Shown here: positions 8,563 through 18,054 of the stretch, in pieces
Position numbering within the stretch: the stretch's first letter is position 1
How the letters are laid out: each line of letters starts with the position of its first letter
Assembly: GCA_002336805.1 (NCBI GenBank)
Contig: DDEZ01000010.1
Span: 74,895 to 138,894, forward strand
Reading direction: 5' to 3'
Origin: Bacteroidetes bacterium UBA1941
Lineage (GTDB): Bacteria; Bacteroidota; Bacteroidia; Chitinophagales; LD1
DNA length: 64,000 nt
Notes under the pieces: generated by a model
What the model was told of the DNA's origin: nothing
Seen by the model: only the letters and a program-made list of their open reading frames with translations
The model's database searches: none
Position numbers and translations under genes: made by a program

Positions 8563-9615
8563 ATGGAGTTTTCATCAGAGGAGATAGCGCTCATCCGGGA
8601 GCAGGCAGCAGAAGCAGAGGAGCGCTGTGCGCTGAGCCGGGAGGTGCTGGACGTGATCTATCGCCACAGGCTTTTCAAACTGTTTGTGCCTCAAAAGCTG
8701 GGCGGCGCCATGATGCCATTGCCGGAGGCGGTCAGGATATTTGAAGAGGCGTCGCGTATAGATGGTAGCTTCGGCTGGCTGGTCACTATAGGGTCAGGCG
8801 GTGGGTATTTTGCCGGTGTTTTCGCGCCTGAGATGGCTACGAGTTTATATGCGCCGGCAGATGCCGTAGTGGCAGGTAGTGGCTATGTGAGTGGTGAGGC
8901 AGTGTGTATAGATGGGGGCTACCAGGTGTCCGGCTCCTGGCGCTACTGCAGCGGTGCTGATAATGCTACCATATTCACAGCCAACTGCAGGATACAGGGG
9001 AGCGATCAGGTGCGGTCTTTCATATTCACCAGAGATCAGGTCACTATCAGCCACGACTGGGATGCACATGGCCTCAGGGCTACAGGCAGTCATACTATAC
9101 AGGTCGACAAAGTTTTCGTACCATGGCAGATGACTTTTGATATTGCTAATGGCAGGCGATCTGAGGATGCTGTGATCTATCGCTATCCGTGCATCCCTTT
9201 TGCTGAGGTGTCCTTTGCCGCTGTATGCGCTGGTATATGCAGGCACTATATGGAGGAGGCCGAAGCTATGAACCGCCATTATGGTCAGGGTGATGACAAG
9301 GCGAATCTGAAGAGATACCAGACGGTGATGAGCGTGATCCTCAGCCAGCGGCAGCTACTGGAGGCGGAGCTAAAACGCTTCCATGAAGTACTGGGCATAT
9401 CCTGGCAGTTGATGCTGGATGACGGGATGGTATCAGAGGCAGTCTATGAAGAGGTGGGCAACCGCTCACGCATACTCACTAGTGTAGCGCTCACTACGGC
9501 TCAGGCCGTGTATCCGTGGCTGGGCTTGGGCGCGGCCATGCAGCACAGTACGATCAACCGTATCTGGCGCGACCTGCATACGGCCTCACAGCACATTCTT
9601 CTGAAGGAGTTTTGA
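8563..9615 (+). CDS. acyl-CoA dehydrogenase-fold flavoprotein (type-2 ACAD / flavin monooxygenase-like)
   Basis: 350 aa. LFKLFVPQKLGGAMMPLPEAVRIFEEASRIDGSFGW and SGSWRYCSGADNA resemble the ACAD middle and C-terminal domain pattern. The 3' end overlaps the convergent gene by 30 nt. Confidence 0.6.
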   Translation: MEFSSEEIALIREQAAEAEERCALSREVLDVIYRHRLFKLFVPQKLGGAMMPLPEAVRIFEEASRIDGSFGWLVTIGSGGGYFAGVFAPEMATSLYAPADAVVAGSGYVSGEAVCIDGGYQVSGSWRYCSGADNATIFTANCRIQGSDQVRSFIFTRDQVTISHDWDAHGLRATGSHTIQVDKVFVPWQMTFDIANGRRSEDAVIYRYPCIPFAEVSFAAVCAGICRHYMEEAEAMNRHYGQGDDKANLKRYQTVMSVILSQRQLLEAELKRFHEVLGISWQLMLDDGMVSEAVYEEVGNRSRILTSVALTTAQAVYPWLGLGAAMQHSTINRIWRDLHTASQHILLKEF

Positions 9616-10509
9616 TGAACGCTGCTCCTTACTTTTTTTGATAAAATACTTAGGGTCGAAATTGATGCCCATGTGGAGCTGCAGATATGGTTTCCATGGG
9701 TTGCTTTGATCAATAAACTCAAAGTTGATAGGAGCACCCTCCAGATAGGTGATAAACGATAAGTGAGACGGTAGCTCCTTTCTGATGCCGAATGCCAGTG
9801 GACTGATATTGATGAACGGTCTGATAGCCTGTACATATCCATAGACTGGCGAAGAAGGCGGGTAGTACGAGGTCTGCTCATAGCCCCGGCCCTGATAGCA
9901 ATTAAAGCCCGTACTGACGCCAAACTGGAAGAACATACCCACGCGATGCCCCCACGACCAGCGGAACCAAATAGGTACCTCAAACCGCACCTGAACGCCA
10001 CGGTCTACTGAGCCATTGGCAGAGGTAGAGATTTGCTGGTAAGAATAATTGCTGGCATTCATGACCTGTGAGCTGAGCCCCGCGAGAAAAGAAAAATTGC
10101 GGTGAGGCCGGCATAGCTCAGCTAAAAAGGAAAGTCCTCCTCCAAAAACGTACTGACCGCGTGTGCCCGGATAGACAGGCGCCTGGGTATACATGATCAG
10201 TGAGCCGCAGGCCTCGATCCGGGCATAGCTGCTGCTTCTGATATTGAGCCTTCTCTCTGTATGCCTGTCAGCTACTACTATACGCGGATCATGCCTGACA
10301 CTGTCTACCTGTGCAGTAGGTATACTGATCGTGTTGCCACCGTATATCTCGATCTTGTAGACGGACTCTCCAGGTGCGCTTTTTATGCGCCCTCGGTAGA
10401 TGCTGCCATCGTGTACGTATATCACATCCTGCGTGATATCATCCTGTGCAAAGCTGCTAAGCCCGAGCAACACCGCCAGCGTGAAGAGAGAAAATCGGAT
10501 AGTTTTCAT
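9586..10509 (-). CDS. hypothetical secreted protein, N-terminal small beta domain plus Gly/Tyr-rich barrel-like region (paralogue of 10518..11381)
   Basis: Signal peptide MKTIRFSLFTLAVLLGLSSFAQ. It shares the N-terminal block DGSIYRGRI....VYKIEIYGGNTISIP.AQV with the neighbouring gene. Confidence 0.5.
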   Translation of the reverse strand: MKTIRFSLFTLAVLLGLSSFAQDDITQDVIYVHDGSIYRGRIKSAPGESVYKIEIYGGNTISIPTAQVDSVRHDPRIVVADRHTERRLNIRSSSYARIEACGSLIMYTQAPVYPGTRGQYVFGGGLSFLAELCRPHRNFSFLAGLSSQVMNASNYSYQQISTSANGSVDRGVQVRFEVPIWFRWSWGHRVGMFFQFGVSTGFNCYQGRGYEQTSYYPPSSPVYGYVQAIRPFINISPLAFGIRKELPSHLSFITYLEGAPINFEFIDQSNPWKPYLQLHMGINFDPKYFIKKSKEQRSSKLLQKNVL

Positions 10510-10517
10510 AGAGGATA

Positions 10518-11381
10518 TTAAAAGCAGATACCTATGTCAAATGAAGGAATGATCATAGCACCACCACCACCGGAGTAGCTGTGAGAAGTGCCTCCACTGC
10601 CATCAGGCTGGTAGTCGTCACGGCTGAAGGAAGCCTGCTGCACGGTGAGGTGCGCTCCTAAACTCGGATATACGTGACGATTATAAATCTTGACCCCAAA
10701 GCCAGCAGCGCCCATGGCTCCGCCACGTAGTGTGACAGTGCGCCCATAGCTACCTGCGACGCCGAACTCTGAATAACTATATTGATAAAAGCCTTTGATA
10801 CCGATGCCATAGCCGGCGGAAAAGCTATAGTATGGCGTGATACGGCTGCGCAGGATATCGCCACAAAAATGTAGGTAAACAGGCACATAGCCACCTGCGC
10901 AGCCCGTGACTGCATCAGTGAGTGGAAAGGGAAGAATATAGGCGTGTATGCCGACTCCTACTCCGAGGGAGGCGTACTGATTAAACTTATAGCCATTGAT
11001 CACATCTATACCATACTCTACGACAGTATGCAGGTGCGCCTGTACGAAATATCCCCTCGGCCTGTATCGGTAAAAATTGGAGTATGGAGTGTATAAATGA
11101 TACGCACCGTCAGTGGTGTCAAACTGGTATTGGTGCCTGGGATGGTTGCTTTTTTCTTTGTAGATATCAATCACATTGGCATAGGGAATGGCTATCACGC
11201 TACCACCTAGTATCTCTATTTTGTATAGGCTGTCGGGAATGATCTGAACGATCTTGCCGGCGTAGGTAGTGCCGTTTTTCAGGGTGAGGATGTCGTCTGT
11301 CTTCCATCGCCTGTCCTGGCCCATGGCATATAGCGCGACGGGCATCAATAGCATGAGCAAATACGTTTTTAGGAATTTCAT
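10518..11381 (-). CDS. hypothetical outer-membrane beta-barrel-like protein (paralogue of 9586..10509)
   Basis: Signal peptide. NGTTYAGKIVQIIPDSLYKIEILGGSVIAIPYANV, alternating Gly/Tyr/aromatic strands, and a terminal Phe (DIGICF). Confidence 0.5.
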   Translation of the reverse strand: MKFLKTYLLMLLMPVALYAMGQDRRWKTDDILTLKNGTTYAGKIVQIIPDSLYKIEILGGSVIAIPYANVIDIYKEKSNHPRHQYQFDTTDGAYHLYTPYSNFYRYRPRGYFVQAHLHTVVEYGIDVINGYKFNQYASLGVGVGIHAYILPFPLTDAVTGCAGGYVPVYLHFCGDILRSRITPYYSFSAGYGIGIKGFYQYSYSEFGVAGSYGRTVTLRGGAMGAAGFGVKIYNRHVYPSLGAHLTVQQASFSRDDYQPDGSGGTSHSYSGGGGAMIIPSFDIGICF

Positions 11382-11431
11382 AGGATATGAAGGTAGCCTT
11401 TATCTGTCAGATCCAGGAAAAAGCTGTGGTG

Positions 11432-12250
11432 TTACTTTTTCTTGCGAATACTCCCCAGCATGTATACAAAACGGAAGGTAAAGAGATTGTTGTACTGTCC
11501 GTTTACCTTGGTGCCATCCTGTGCACCCCGTACTTTCAAAACAGAATAGCGATAGATGAACCCGAGGCCGTAATGCTTTTTGACAAAGACATGCAGCCCG
11601 CCAAATGCTGACAGCGCAAACTGCCGGGGCTGCCCCAGCGGTGGGTCTTTGGTCACATTGATGCCATCATAGTCCAGCTCCCTGTAGCGCACCATAAATC
11701 CCGGTATCAGACCGGCACTCACCATCACGACATCGCGATAGTGCGCATTCAGTGCTACAGGCACCTCTACATAGTCCCACTGTACCTGGTACCTGCGGGA
11801 TACCTGGTCACTGGTGGGCAGGCGCGCGCGGGCACCCTGCATACTGTAGTTCAGCTCGAGGCTGGTGGAAAGATATGGATGGAAGCGTGCCATGACACCG
11901 GCGCCAAATGAGGCTCCGATGTACTTGTATCCCCACTCCTGATCGCCATCTACCTGGCAGGCATTAAAGCCGGCATGAAACAAGCCGCGAAATATGCCCA
12001 GATCATGAATATCATATGCACCGGATTGGGATCGTTTGCCGGAGGCCTTTTTAGCCCTGGATGGGGCTATCACATTGCCGTTCTCATCTTCCTCCTCGGA
12101 TGGGAGAGTGGTGGCTGCCGGGGTATCGGCCTGAGGCTGGGCTTTCTTTTTGTGGAGGTCTATACTGATGGTCCCATTTTTATAATCTGCCTGTGCCCGC
12201 ACTGACAGCACGGAGCACAGCAGCAGCGCTATGATCAGGCACCTGCGCAT
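11432..12250 (-). CDS. porin-family outer-membrane beta-barrel protein
   Basis: Signal peptide MRRCLIIALLLCSVLSVRAQ, a disordered linker, then alternating hydrophobic beta-strand patterns (GIFRGLFHAGFNA...YSFGAGVMARF...). Confidence 0.5.
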   Translation of the reverse strand: MRRCLIIALLLCSVLSVRAQADYKNGTISIDLHKKKAQPQADTPAATTLPSEEEDENGNVIAPSRAKKASGKRSQSGAYDIHDLGIFRGLFHAGFNACQVDGDQEWGYKYIGASFGAGVMARFHPYLSTSLELNYSMQGARARLPTSDQVSRRYQVQWDYVEVPVALNAHYRDVVMVSAGLIPGFMVRYRELDYDGINVTKDPPLGQPRQFALSAFGGLHVFVKKHYGLGFIYRYSVLKVRGAQDGTKVNGQYNNLFTFRFVYMLGSIRKKK

Positions 12251-12254
12251 CAGA

Positions 12255-13145
12255 TCAGAGGTCCATTTTCATCAGTACAGCAAAATGGTCTGAGAGGTCC
12301 TTATGTGTCTTGCTCCATGGCTGCATGAAGCGCCTGACACAGCGCACCACACGGCCGGCCCTGAATCCATTGGAGCGGTAAAAGACATAATCTATCAGGT
12401 TGCGCTTGTCCGGGCGGTAGCTGTCCATATCATTGAGGAGATGGTCAGAGGTAGCCTGCAGCTCACCGGTGATGTCTCCATCCTCTACCTCCATACACTG
12501 TATCAGGCTAGGGTAGAGGTCAGTACTATTTTTTCGCGTATTGAAATCTCCTGCGGCAAACTGGGGCTCGCCGCTGACGGCATGTTTTTTCAACAGGGCT
12601 CCGGCCTCTTTATATTGGCTTATCTTCAGCTCATTGCTACCACCTGCCTGCATGTGAGTGCCCAGTACCTGAAACTTCTGTATCGGGTGCTGAACCTCTG
12701 CCAGCAGGCAGCCTTTGCGGCCGGCGCAGTCTATGCCTTTGCATTGCGTATAGCGGATGCTCTCCAGCTCTTTGATAGGATACTTGCTGAACATGAGTAC
12801 GCCGCCTGCTTTCCTGAAAGTAAAGACGATGTGATTTTTGAAGCCAGCGGTATAGGGGTATTTCTCTTTCAGCCTTTTGCGCAGGATGCGGATGGCGAGA
12901 CCGTCAAAGCCCTCCTGAAATACGATCACGTCCGGATTCTCTTCGATCAGTTTAGCAGGTATCAATTTCGCGCGCTTGACGGGATGGTGCTTGATGCTAA
13001 GCGCTATACGCGGCAGCATCTTGATATTGTAGGTCAGGATACTGATCTCACGAGGGGTGGGGGTGATGCTCACTGTATCACTCGGCTCTGCGGTAGCTGA
13101 GGCGAGTGTGGCGATCAATGTGCAGATCAGCAGCAGGTATTTCAT
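12255..13145 (-). CDS. endonuclease/exonuclease/phosphatase (EEP) family protein, sphingomyelinase-C-like
   Basis: Signal peptide. ILTYNIKMLP, VIVFQEGFD, GTHMQAG, AGDFNT and LSDHFAV are the EEP catalytic blocks, arranged as in bacterial neutral sphingomyelinases. Confidence 0.75.
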   Translation of the reverse strand: MKYLLLICTLIATLASATAEPSDTVSITPTPREISILTYNIKMLPRIALSIKHHPVKRAKLIPAKLIEENPDVIVFQEGFDGLAIRILRKRLKEKYPYTAGFKNHIVFTFRKAGGVLMFSKYPIKELESIRYTQCKGIDCAGRKGCLLAEVQHPIQKFQVLGTHMQAGGSNELKISQYKEAGALLKKHAVSGEPQFAAGDFNTRKNSTDLYPSLIQCMEVEDGDITGELQATSDHLLNDMDSYRPDKRNLIDYVFYRSNGFRAGRVVRCVRRFMQPWSKTHKDLSDHFAVLMKMDL

Positions 13146-13262
13146 ACAGGATTGTGTTTAACCAAAAATACCCTTTCGCAGTGTGCGAAAACGTTAAATT
13201 TCAACAAGTCACGGCAATTAATTCACATGTGTCAGGGATTTGTCATTTTAACGTTGAACCAT

Positions 13263-13292
13263 TTGTTTAGGCTATTTATATGATTAGATTTG
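13263..13292 (+). promoter_or_regulatory. Bacteroidota-type promoter (TTG-N19-TAgaTTTG) for the M43 protease gene
   Basis: TTG at 13263-13265, a 19-nt spacer, and TAGATTTG at 13285-13292. It lies 34 nt upstream of the GTG start at 13327. Confidence 0.45.
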
Positions 13293-13326
13293 TTATCGTT
13301 TTATTATCATTTAAAAACCGAAAAAG

Positions 13327-15498
13327 GTGAAAAATATCTTTACTTCTCTCGTCGTATTCATGGCGGGCGTATCTATGGCTACAGCTCAGACCCAGGGGTT
13401 CAGCTGTACTGCCGGTGAGGAGACTCAGAAACAATACGCAAAGCATCCCGAGCTATTGGTAGCAAAGGAACAGCTGGACGCATTCACAAGGGACTATGTG
13501 CGCCAGCAGCAGCTGCGCAGGGCCTCCGGCCAGCGTGTGGTAAATGACTCTACCAAGATCATACCTGTTGTGTTTCACATACAGCACGATGCCGGTGTAG
13601 AGAATATCTCCGACCAGACTGTGTACACAGAGATGGCTCACTGGAATGAGTACATGCAGGCGCGTAACCCTGAGCTGTCTACCACTGATTCCACATTCAT
13701 ACCACTGATCGGTAATCCTAATATCGAATTCCGCCTGGCGCAGATAGACCCTAACGGTAATCCTACCAACGGTATAGAGCGTATATATACGCAGTCTACC
13801 TATCTGGGCAATAACAATACTAAGCTCGATCCATGGCCACGTGACAAATACCTGAACGTGTGGCTGACAAAGGGTATCGATAAAGATGTGACCTTCTACG
13901 GTACACTGGCCTACTCGATGTATCCTTCTTCTGTAGCTACTTATACCAATAATGATATCATAGACGGTATCCTGGCTAAGTACTTTGTGGTAGGAGCCAA
14001 TGCACAATTCAGCCGTCCGACACTGGCGCACGAGTGCGGTCACTGGATGAACCTCGCGCACACATGGGGCAATACCAATGCGCCTGAGATAGACTGTGGT
14101 GATGACGATGTGGACGATACCCCTATCACCAAGGGTAACCAGAATACCTGTATCCACTACCTGAAAGTGTGCAACCCACCTATCATAGAGAATGAGCAGA
14201 ACATCATGAACTATGCTGACTGCCACTTCATGTTCACACAGGGTCAGGTAGATCGTATGAATGCTGCACTGGGTTCTTCTACAGCCGGACGTTCTAATAT
14301 CTGGACTGCGGCTAACCTGGCTGCTACCGGTACTACTGACTCACTGGTATATCCTAATCCAAACTCAGTGGCAGTGCCAGTAGCTGATTTTGCGGTAAAT
14401 AACAGGCTGGCCTGCGCCGGCGGCACTCCGGTGACCCTGACCGATGTATCATGGAATGCCGAGATCACCAGCCGCAACTGGACACTCCCTGCAGGTGCTG
14501 CATTTGAGAATGGCACTACGGCCAGCGATGCTGTGGTGAAAGTTTCATTTAGCAATGCCGGCTGGCAGCCTATCAGCCTGACTGTGACCAATGCAAATGG
14601 CAGCAATACCAAGACCAAGTCTATGGTTTATGTATCAGATGGCTTCCCGGTAGCTACACCTTACTTTGAAGGCTTTGAGGACGGTAATGTGGCTCAAAAC
14701 AAATGGCAGCCTCTCAACTATGACAATAACAATACATCTTTCTCCTATCTGACCGGTACCGGTCACTATAGCAATGCATGCTACAAGATGAATATGTACA
14801 ATGCTACCTACGATGGAGACCGTGATGACCTCATGTCTCCTATGTTTGATCTGAGTGGTATCGATATCAGCCAGCAGACACTGGAGTTTGACTACTCATG
14901 GGCTACCAATGATGCCAATCACATGAGCGACTCTATAGCTACCATAGCTGTATATGCTACGAAGGACTGCGGCAGCACCTGGACCCGTATATACTACAAT
15001 CTGGGAGGCTACAACATGTACAATGCCGGTACAATAGCAAATCGCGCCTATGTACCTGGCCAGACCGACGAATACTGGAGGCATATCACTATCAACCTGC
15101 CACAGGCGTTCGTAGGTCAGCAGGCTGTCAACTTCAAGTGGTCTGTGACAAGTGCGAAGGGGGCTAACCACTTCTATATAGACAACATCAATCTGGGTCA
15201 GGACCCATCTGGTGTATCTGCTGTGGCTGCTAATACAGTAGGCTCTATCAATATCATTCCTAACCCATCTAACGGTGGTATGGCGACCCTGGCTATGGAT
15301 ATAGCAAACGCCTCTGAGAATACAACTGCAAAGCTGTATGATATGGAAGGCCGTGAGGTGATGACCATATTCTCTGGTGAGACTCAGGCCGGTCAGAAGA
15401 ACGTGAAGTTTAATACAGCGAATATATCTAACGGCGTATACCTGGTAAAGGTATCTGATGGCAAGACATCAGTGCAGAAGCGCTTTGTGAAGATGTAA
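13327..15498 (+). CDS. M43 (pappalysin/cytophagalysin-like) zinc metalloprotease with T9SS C-terminal sorting domain
   Basis: HECGHWMNLAHTWG (HExxHxxGxxH, codons from 14029). Signal peptide. The C-terminal IIPNPSNGGMATLAMD...GVYLVKVSDGKTSVQKRFVKM is a Por secretion tail. GTG start. Confidence 0.85.
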   Translation: MKNIFTSLVVFMAGVSMATAQTQGFSCTAGEETQKQYAKHPELLVAKEQLDAFTRDYVRQQQLRRASGQRVVNDSTKIIPVVFHIQHDAGVENISDQTVYTEMAHWNEYMQARNPELSTTDSTFIPLIGNPNIEFRLAQIDPNGNPTNGIERIYTQSTYLGNNNTKLDPWPRDKYLNVWLTKGIDKDVTFYGTLAYSMYPSSVATYTNNDIIDGILAKYFVVGANAQFSRPTLAHECGHWMNLAHTWGNTNAPEIDCGDDDVDDTPITKGNQNTCIHYLKVCNPPIIENEQNIMNYADCHFMFTQGQVDRMNAALGSSTAGRSNIWTAANLAATGTTDSLVYPNPNSVAVPVADFAVNNRLACAGGTPVTLTDVSWNAEITSRNWTLPAGAAFENGTTASDAVVKVSFSNAGWQPISLTVTNANGSNTKTKSMVYVSDGFPVATPYFEGFEDGNVAQNKWQPLNYDNNNTSFSYLTGTGHYSNACYKMNMYNATYDGDRDDLMSPMFDLSGIDISQQTLEFDYSWATNDANHMSDSIATIAVYATKDCGSTWTRIYYNLGGYNMYNAGTIANRAYVPGQTDEYWRHITINLPQAFVGQQAVNFKWSVTSAKGANHFYIDNINLGQDPSGVSAVAANTVGSINIIPNPSNGGMATLAMDIANASENTTAKLYDMEGREVMTIFSGETQAGQKNVKFNTANISNGVYLVKVSDGKTSVQKRFVKM

Positions 15499-15522
15499 TC
15501 TGAAAGATCTCTATAGAAAAAA

Positions 15523-15550
15523 GGGTAGTACGGCAGTACTACCCTTTTTT
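15523..15550 (+). terminator. rho-independent terminator after the M43 gene
   Basis: gggtagtac / gtactaccc 9-bp stem, loop ggca, followed by TTTTTT. Confidence 0.7.
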
Positions 15551-15575
15551 ATTGGTACTCCTTCTTTAGGAAATG

Positions 15576-15608
15576 AAAAGCCCCGGCAGATATCCTGCCG
15601 GGGCTTTT
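15576..15608. terminator. bidirectional hairpin terminator (serves lpdA on the minus strand)
   Basis: gccccggcag / ctgccggggc 10-bp GC-rich stem, flanked by AAAA on the left and TTTT on the right. It lies 22 nt past the lpdA stop. Confidence 0.7.
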
Positions 15609-15629
15609 CAATAAAAATATTGTGACGTA

Positions 15630-17033
15630 TTACATTGTCAGAGACCTATTGTCCGTAGCGGCGAGACAGGCTTCTTTGAAGGCCTCTGTGTAAGTAGGGT
15701 GCGGGTGGCTCATGCGGCTGATGTCCTCTGCCGATGCGCGGAACTCCATAGCTACTACACCCTCTATGATCAGGTCAGCGATACGCGGTCCGATCATATG
15801 CACACCGAGTATCTCATCGGTTTCCTTATCCGCTAGTATTTTGACAAAGCCATCTGTATCGCCGGAGGCACGGGCACGGCCTGATGCTTTGAAGCTGACC
15901 TTGCCTGTCTTGTACGCTTTGCCCTGAGACTTGAGGTCCTGCTCGGTAGCTCCTACGCTGGCAGCCTCCGGCCAGGTGTAGCACACACCAGGGATCAGGT
16001 TATAGTTGATGTGTGGCTTCTGGCCGGCTATGATCTCTGCTGCCAGCACGCCTTCCTCTTCTGCCTTGTGGGCCAGCATGGCACCGCGCACTACGTCACC
16101 TATGGCGTATACGCCCGGCACCGATGTCTCGAGGTGGTCATTGACCGGTATGCGCTTGCGCTCATCGAGGGTGATGCCGATATTCTCCAGGCCGAGACCC
16201 TGCGTGTATGGACTGCGACCTACCGCTACTAGGCAGTAGTCACCCTTGATCTCGATAGCTTCGCCTGCTTTATTGTCTGCGGTTACATTTACTTCTTTAC
16301 CTTTCACGGTAGCTCCTTTCACCTTGGTAGAGAGCATGAACTCCATCCCATCTTTCTTGAGCACACGGAGCAGCTCACGGCTCAGGTCTTCATCCATAGA
16401 CGGAGCTACCTTGTCCAGAAACTCTACCACTGTGACCTTAGAGCCCAGCCTGTGGTATACCGAGCCCAGCTCCAAACCTATAATGCCGGCACCGATGATG
16501 ATGAGGTTCTTTGGGATCTCTGTAAGGGAGAGCGCCTCTGTAGAGGTGATGATGCGCTTCTTATCTATGGGGAGGAAAGGTAGCGCGGTAGGCTTAGAGC
16601 CTGTAGCGATGATCACTTTCTCCGTTTCTATCTCCTGCTTTTCGCCAGCCTTGTTAGTGATGGCGATCTTGTTTTTGGTCACAAATGAGCCGAGGCCGTT
16701 GTATACGTCTACCTTGTTCTTCTTCATGAGGAAGGCGATGCCATCTACGTTAGCCTTCACCACTTCGCCTTTGCGCGCGATCATGCGGCCAAAGTCTACA
16801 GTGAGTCCTTTGACACCGATACCGAAGTCTGTAAAGCGCTTCTCTGCATTGTGGTAGTGCTCAGATACATCGAGCAGCGCCTTGGATGGGATACAGCCCA
16901 CATTGAGGCAGGTGCCTCCCAGTACATCGTATTTTTCGATTATAGCGACCTTCATGCCGAGCTGTGCCAGGCGTATAGCTGCTACGTAACCTCCGGGACC
17001 GCCACCTATCACGGTGACATTATAATTAGACAT
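15630..17033 (-). CDS. lpdA: dihydrolipoyl dehydrogenase (E3)
   Basis: VIGGGPGGYVAAIRLAQLG, the redox-active GGTCLNVGCIPSK, and the C-terminal HPHPTYTEA. Confidence 0.95.
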   Translation of the reverse strand: MSNYNVTVIGGGPGGYVAAIRLAQLGMKVAIIEKYDVLGGTCLNVGCIPSKALLDVSEHYHNAEKRFTDFGIGVKGLTVDFGRMIARKGEVVKANVDGIAFLMKKNKVDVYNGLGSFVTKNKIAITNKAGEKQEIETEKVIIATGSKPTALPFLPIDKKRIITSTEALSLTEIPKNLIIIGAGIIGLELGSVYHRLGSKVTVVEFLDKVAPSMDEDLSRELLRVLKKDGMEFMLSTKVKGATVKGKEVNVTADNKAGEAIEIKGDYCLVAVGRSPYTQGLGLENIGITLDERKRIPVNDHLETSVPGVYAIGDVVRGAMLAHKAEEEGVLAAEIIAGQKPHINYNLIPGVCYTWPEAASVGATEQDLKSQGKAYKTGKVSFKASGRARASGDTDGFVKILADKETDEILGVHMIGPRIADLIIEGVVAMEFRASAEDISRMSHPHPTYTEAFKEACLAATDNRSLTM

Positions 17034-17131
17034 AGTATATGATTTATTGCGGGTGTGAAAGTAGCTATAAATGGCTCAAGGCACAAATGATAAAGTGATA
17101 GCTTTTTCTTATCTTACTATAAACAAAGACT

Positions 17132-17995
17132 ATGAAACAGCTACTACTCCTCTGCATGCTAGCCTCTGGCATGGTGTCTGCCAGAGCACAAACCCTGCAA
17201 CCATCGTTGCGCCGCGATATCTACGATTTTGCGGTAGGAGATACTTTTGAGTATGCAGGTGAGACGTATCAGAATATGTGCTCGGTCAGCGTTTCTGATA
17301 TGATCATCGTGCTTTCCCGACAAAATACTGCTACATCTGTATCATATGGTGTAAAGGTAAACTCTACGTCCTCTCATCCGCCGTGCAACTCCCCGGGCTA
17401 CATCACTTCAGCTAGCATCTATGATACCCTACGCTATGGAGATCTGGATTCTACTATCTTTTACTATCATGATAGCCTGCTATACCACCGTGACTCAGTG
17501 CTGACGGATGTCGATACGATCTATCAGGATTCGGTCATGCAGTACAGGAAAGTAAATGTACACATATGGCGCTTTGGGGCCTGCTGCGCGGGAGATACAG
17601 CGTACGCCGATGGGCTAGGGTTGGTATTTGCCGGCTATGGCTCTGAGGACTATACGGTGAGCCAGGGCGGCTATGGAATGGTGTACTACCACAAGGCTAA
17701 TGGTGATGTGTGGGGCACGGCGCGGTATTTCACAGTAGGTGTGGAGGATGTGACTGAGGAGCAGCCCGCACTATATCCCAATCCAAGCAACGGAAGTATC
17801 ACACTGCGGATGGATGATAACAGGAGAGGAGGTGTGCTCACAATGTACGATATCAGTGGCAGGATGCTGATGAGGCAGCAGATCGGAGATGACAATAGTA
17901 CTTTTGACCTGCTGTGGGCTGACGGGTACTATACCTATACTATAACGATGGCTGATGGAAAGTCTTCTACCAGCAAATTAGTGATACGCCGCTAA
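17132..17995 (+). CDS. hypothetical T9SS-secreted protein
   Basis: Signal peptide MKQLLLLCMLASGMVSARAQ. The C-terminal LYPNPSNGSITLRMD...GYYTYTITMADGKSSTSKLVIRR is a T9SS sorting domain. The N-terminal 200 aa have no motif I recognise. Confidence 0.7.
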   Translation: MKQLLLLCMLASGMVSARAQTLQPSLRRDIYDFAVGDTFEYAGETYQNMCSVSVSDMIIVLSRQNTATSVSYGVKVNSTSSHPPCNSPGYITSASIYDTLRYGDLDSTIFYYHDSLLYHRDSVLTDVDTIYQDSVMQYRKVNVHIWRFGACCAGDTAYADGLGLVFAGYGSEDYTVSQGGYGMVYYHKANGDVWGTARYFTVGVEDVTEEQPALYPNPSNGSITLRMDDNRRGGVLTMYDISGRMLMRQQIGDDNSTFDLLWADGYYTYTITMADGKSSTSKLVIRR

Positions 17996-18005
17996 TACAC
18001 TTCAT

Positions 18006-18037
18006 AAAAAAACGGCTACCATTCGGTAGCCGTTTTT
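18006..18037. terminator. bidirectional rho-independent terminator between 17132..17995 (+) and sucB (-)
   Basis: aaaaaaacggctacc attc ggtagccgttttt: a 9-10 bp stem with an A-run and a T-run on either side. Confidence 0.7.
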
Positions 18038-18054
18038 GTTTATCTGCAGAGATA

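Noticed and set aside
12303-14226. 265-aa (+) ORF at 12303..13100 and 257-aa (-) ORF at 13453..14226
   Set aside because: They are antisense shadows of the EEP phosphodiesterase gene and the M43 protease gene respectively. They have no signal peptides or motifs, and the sense frames carry catalytic signatures.
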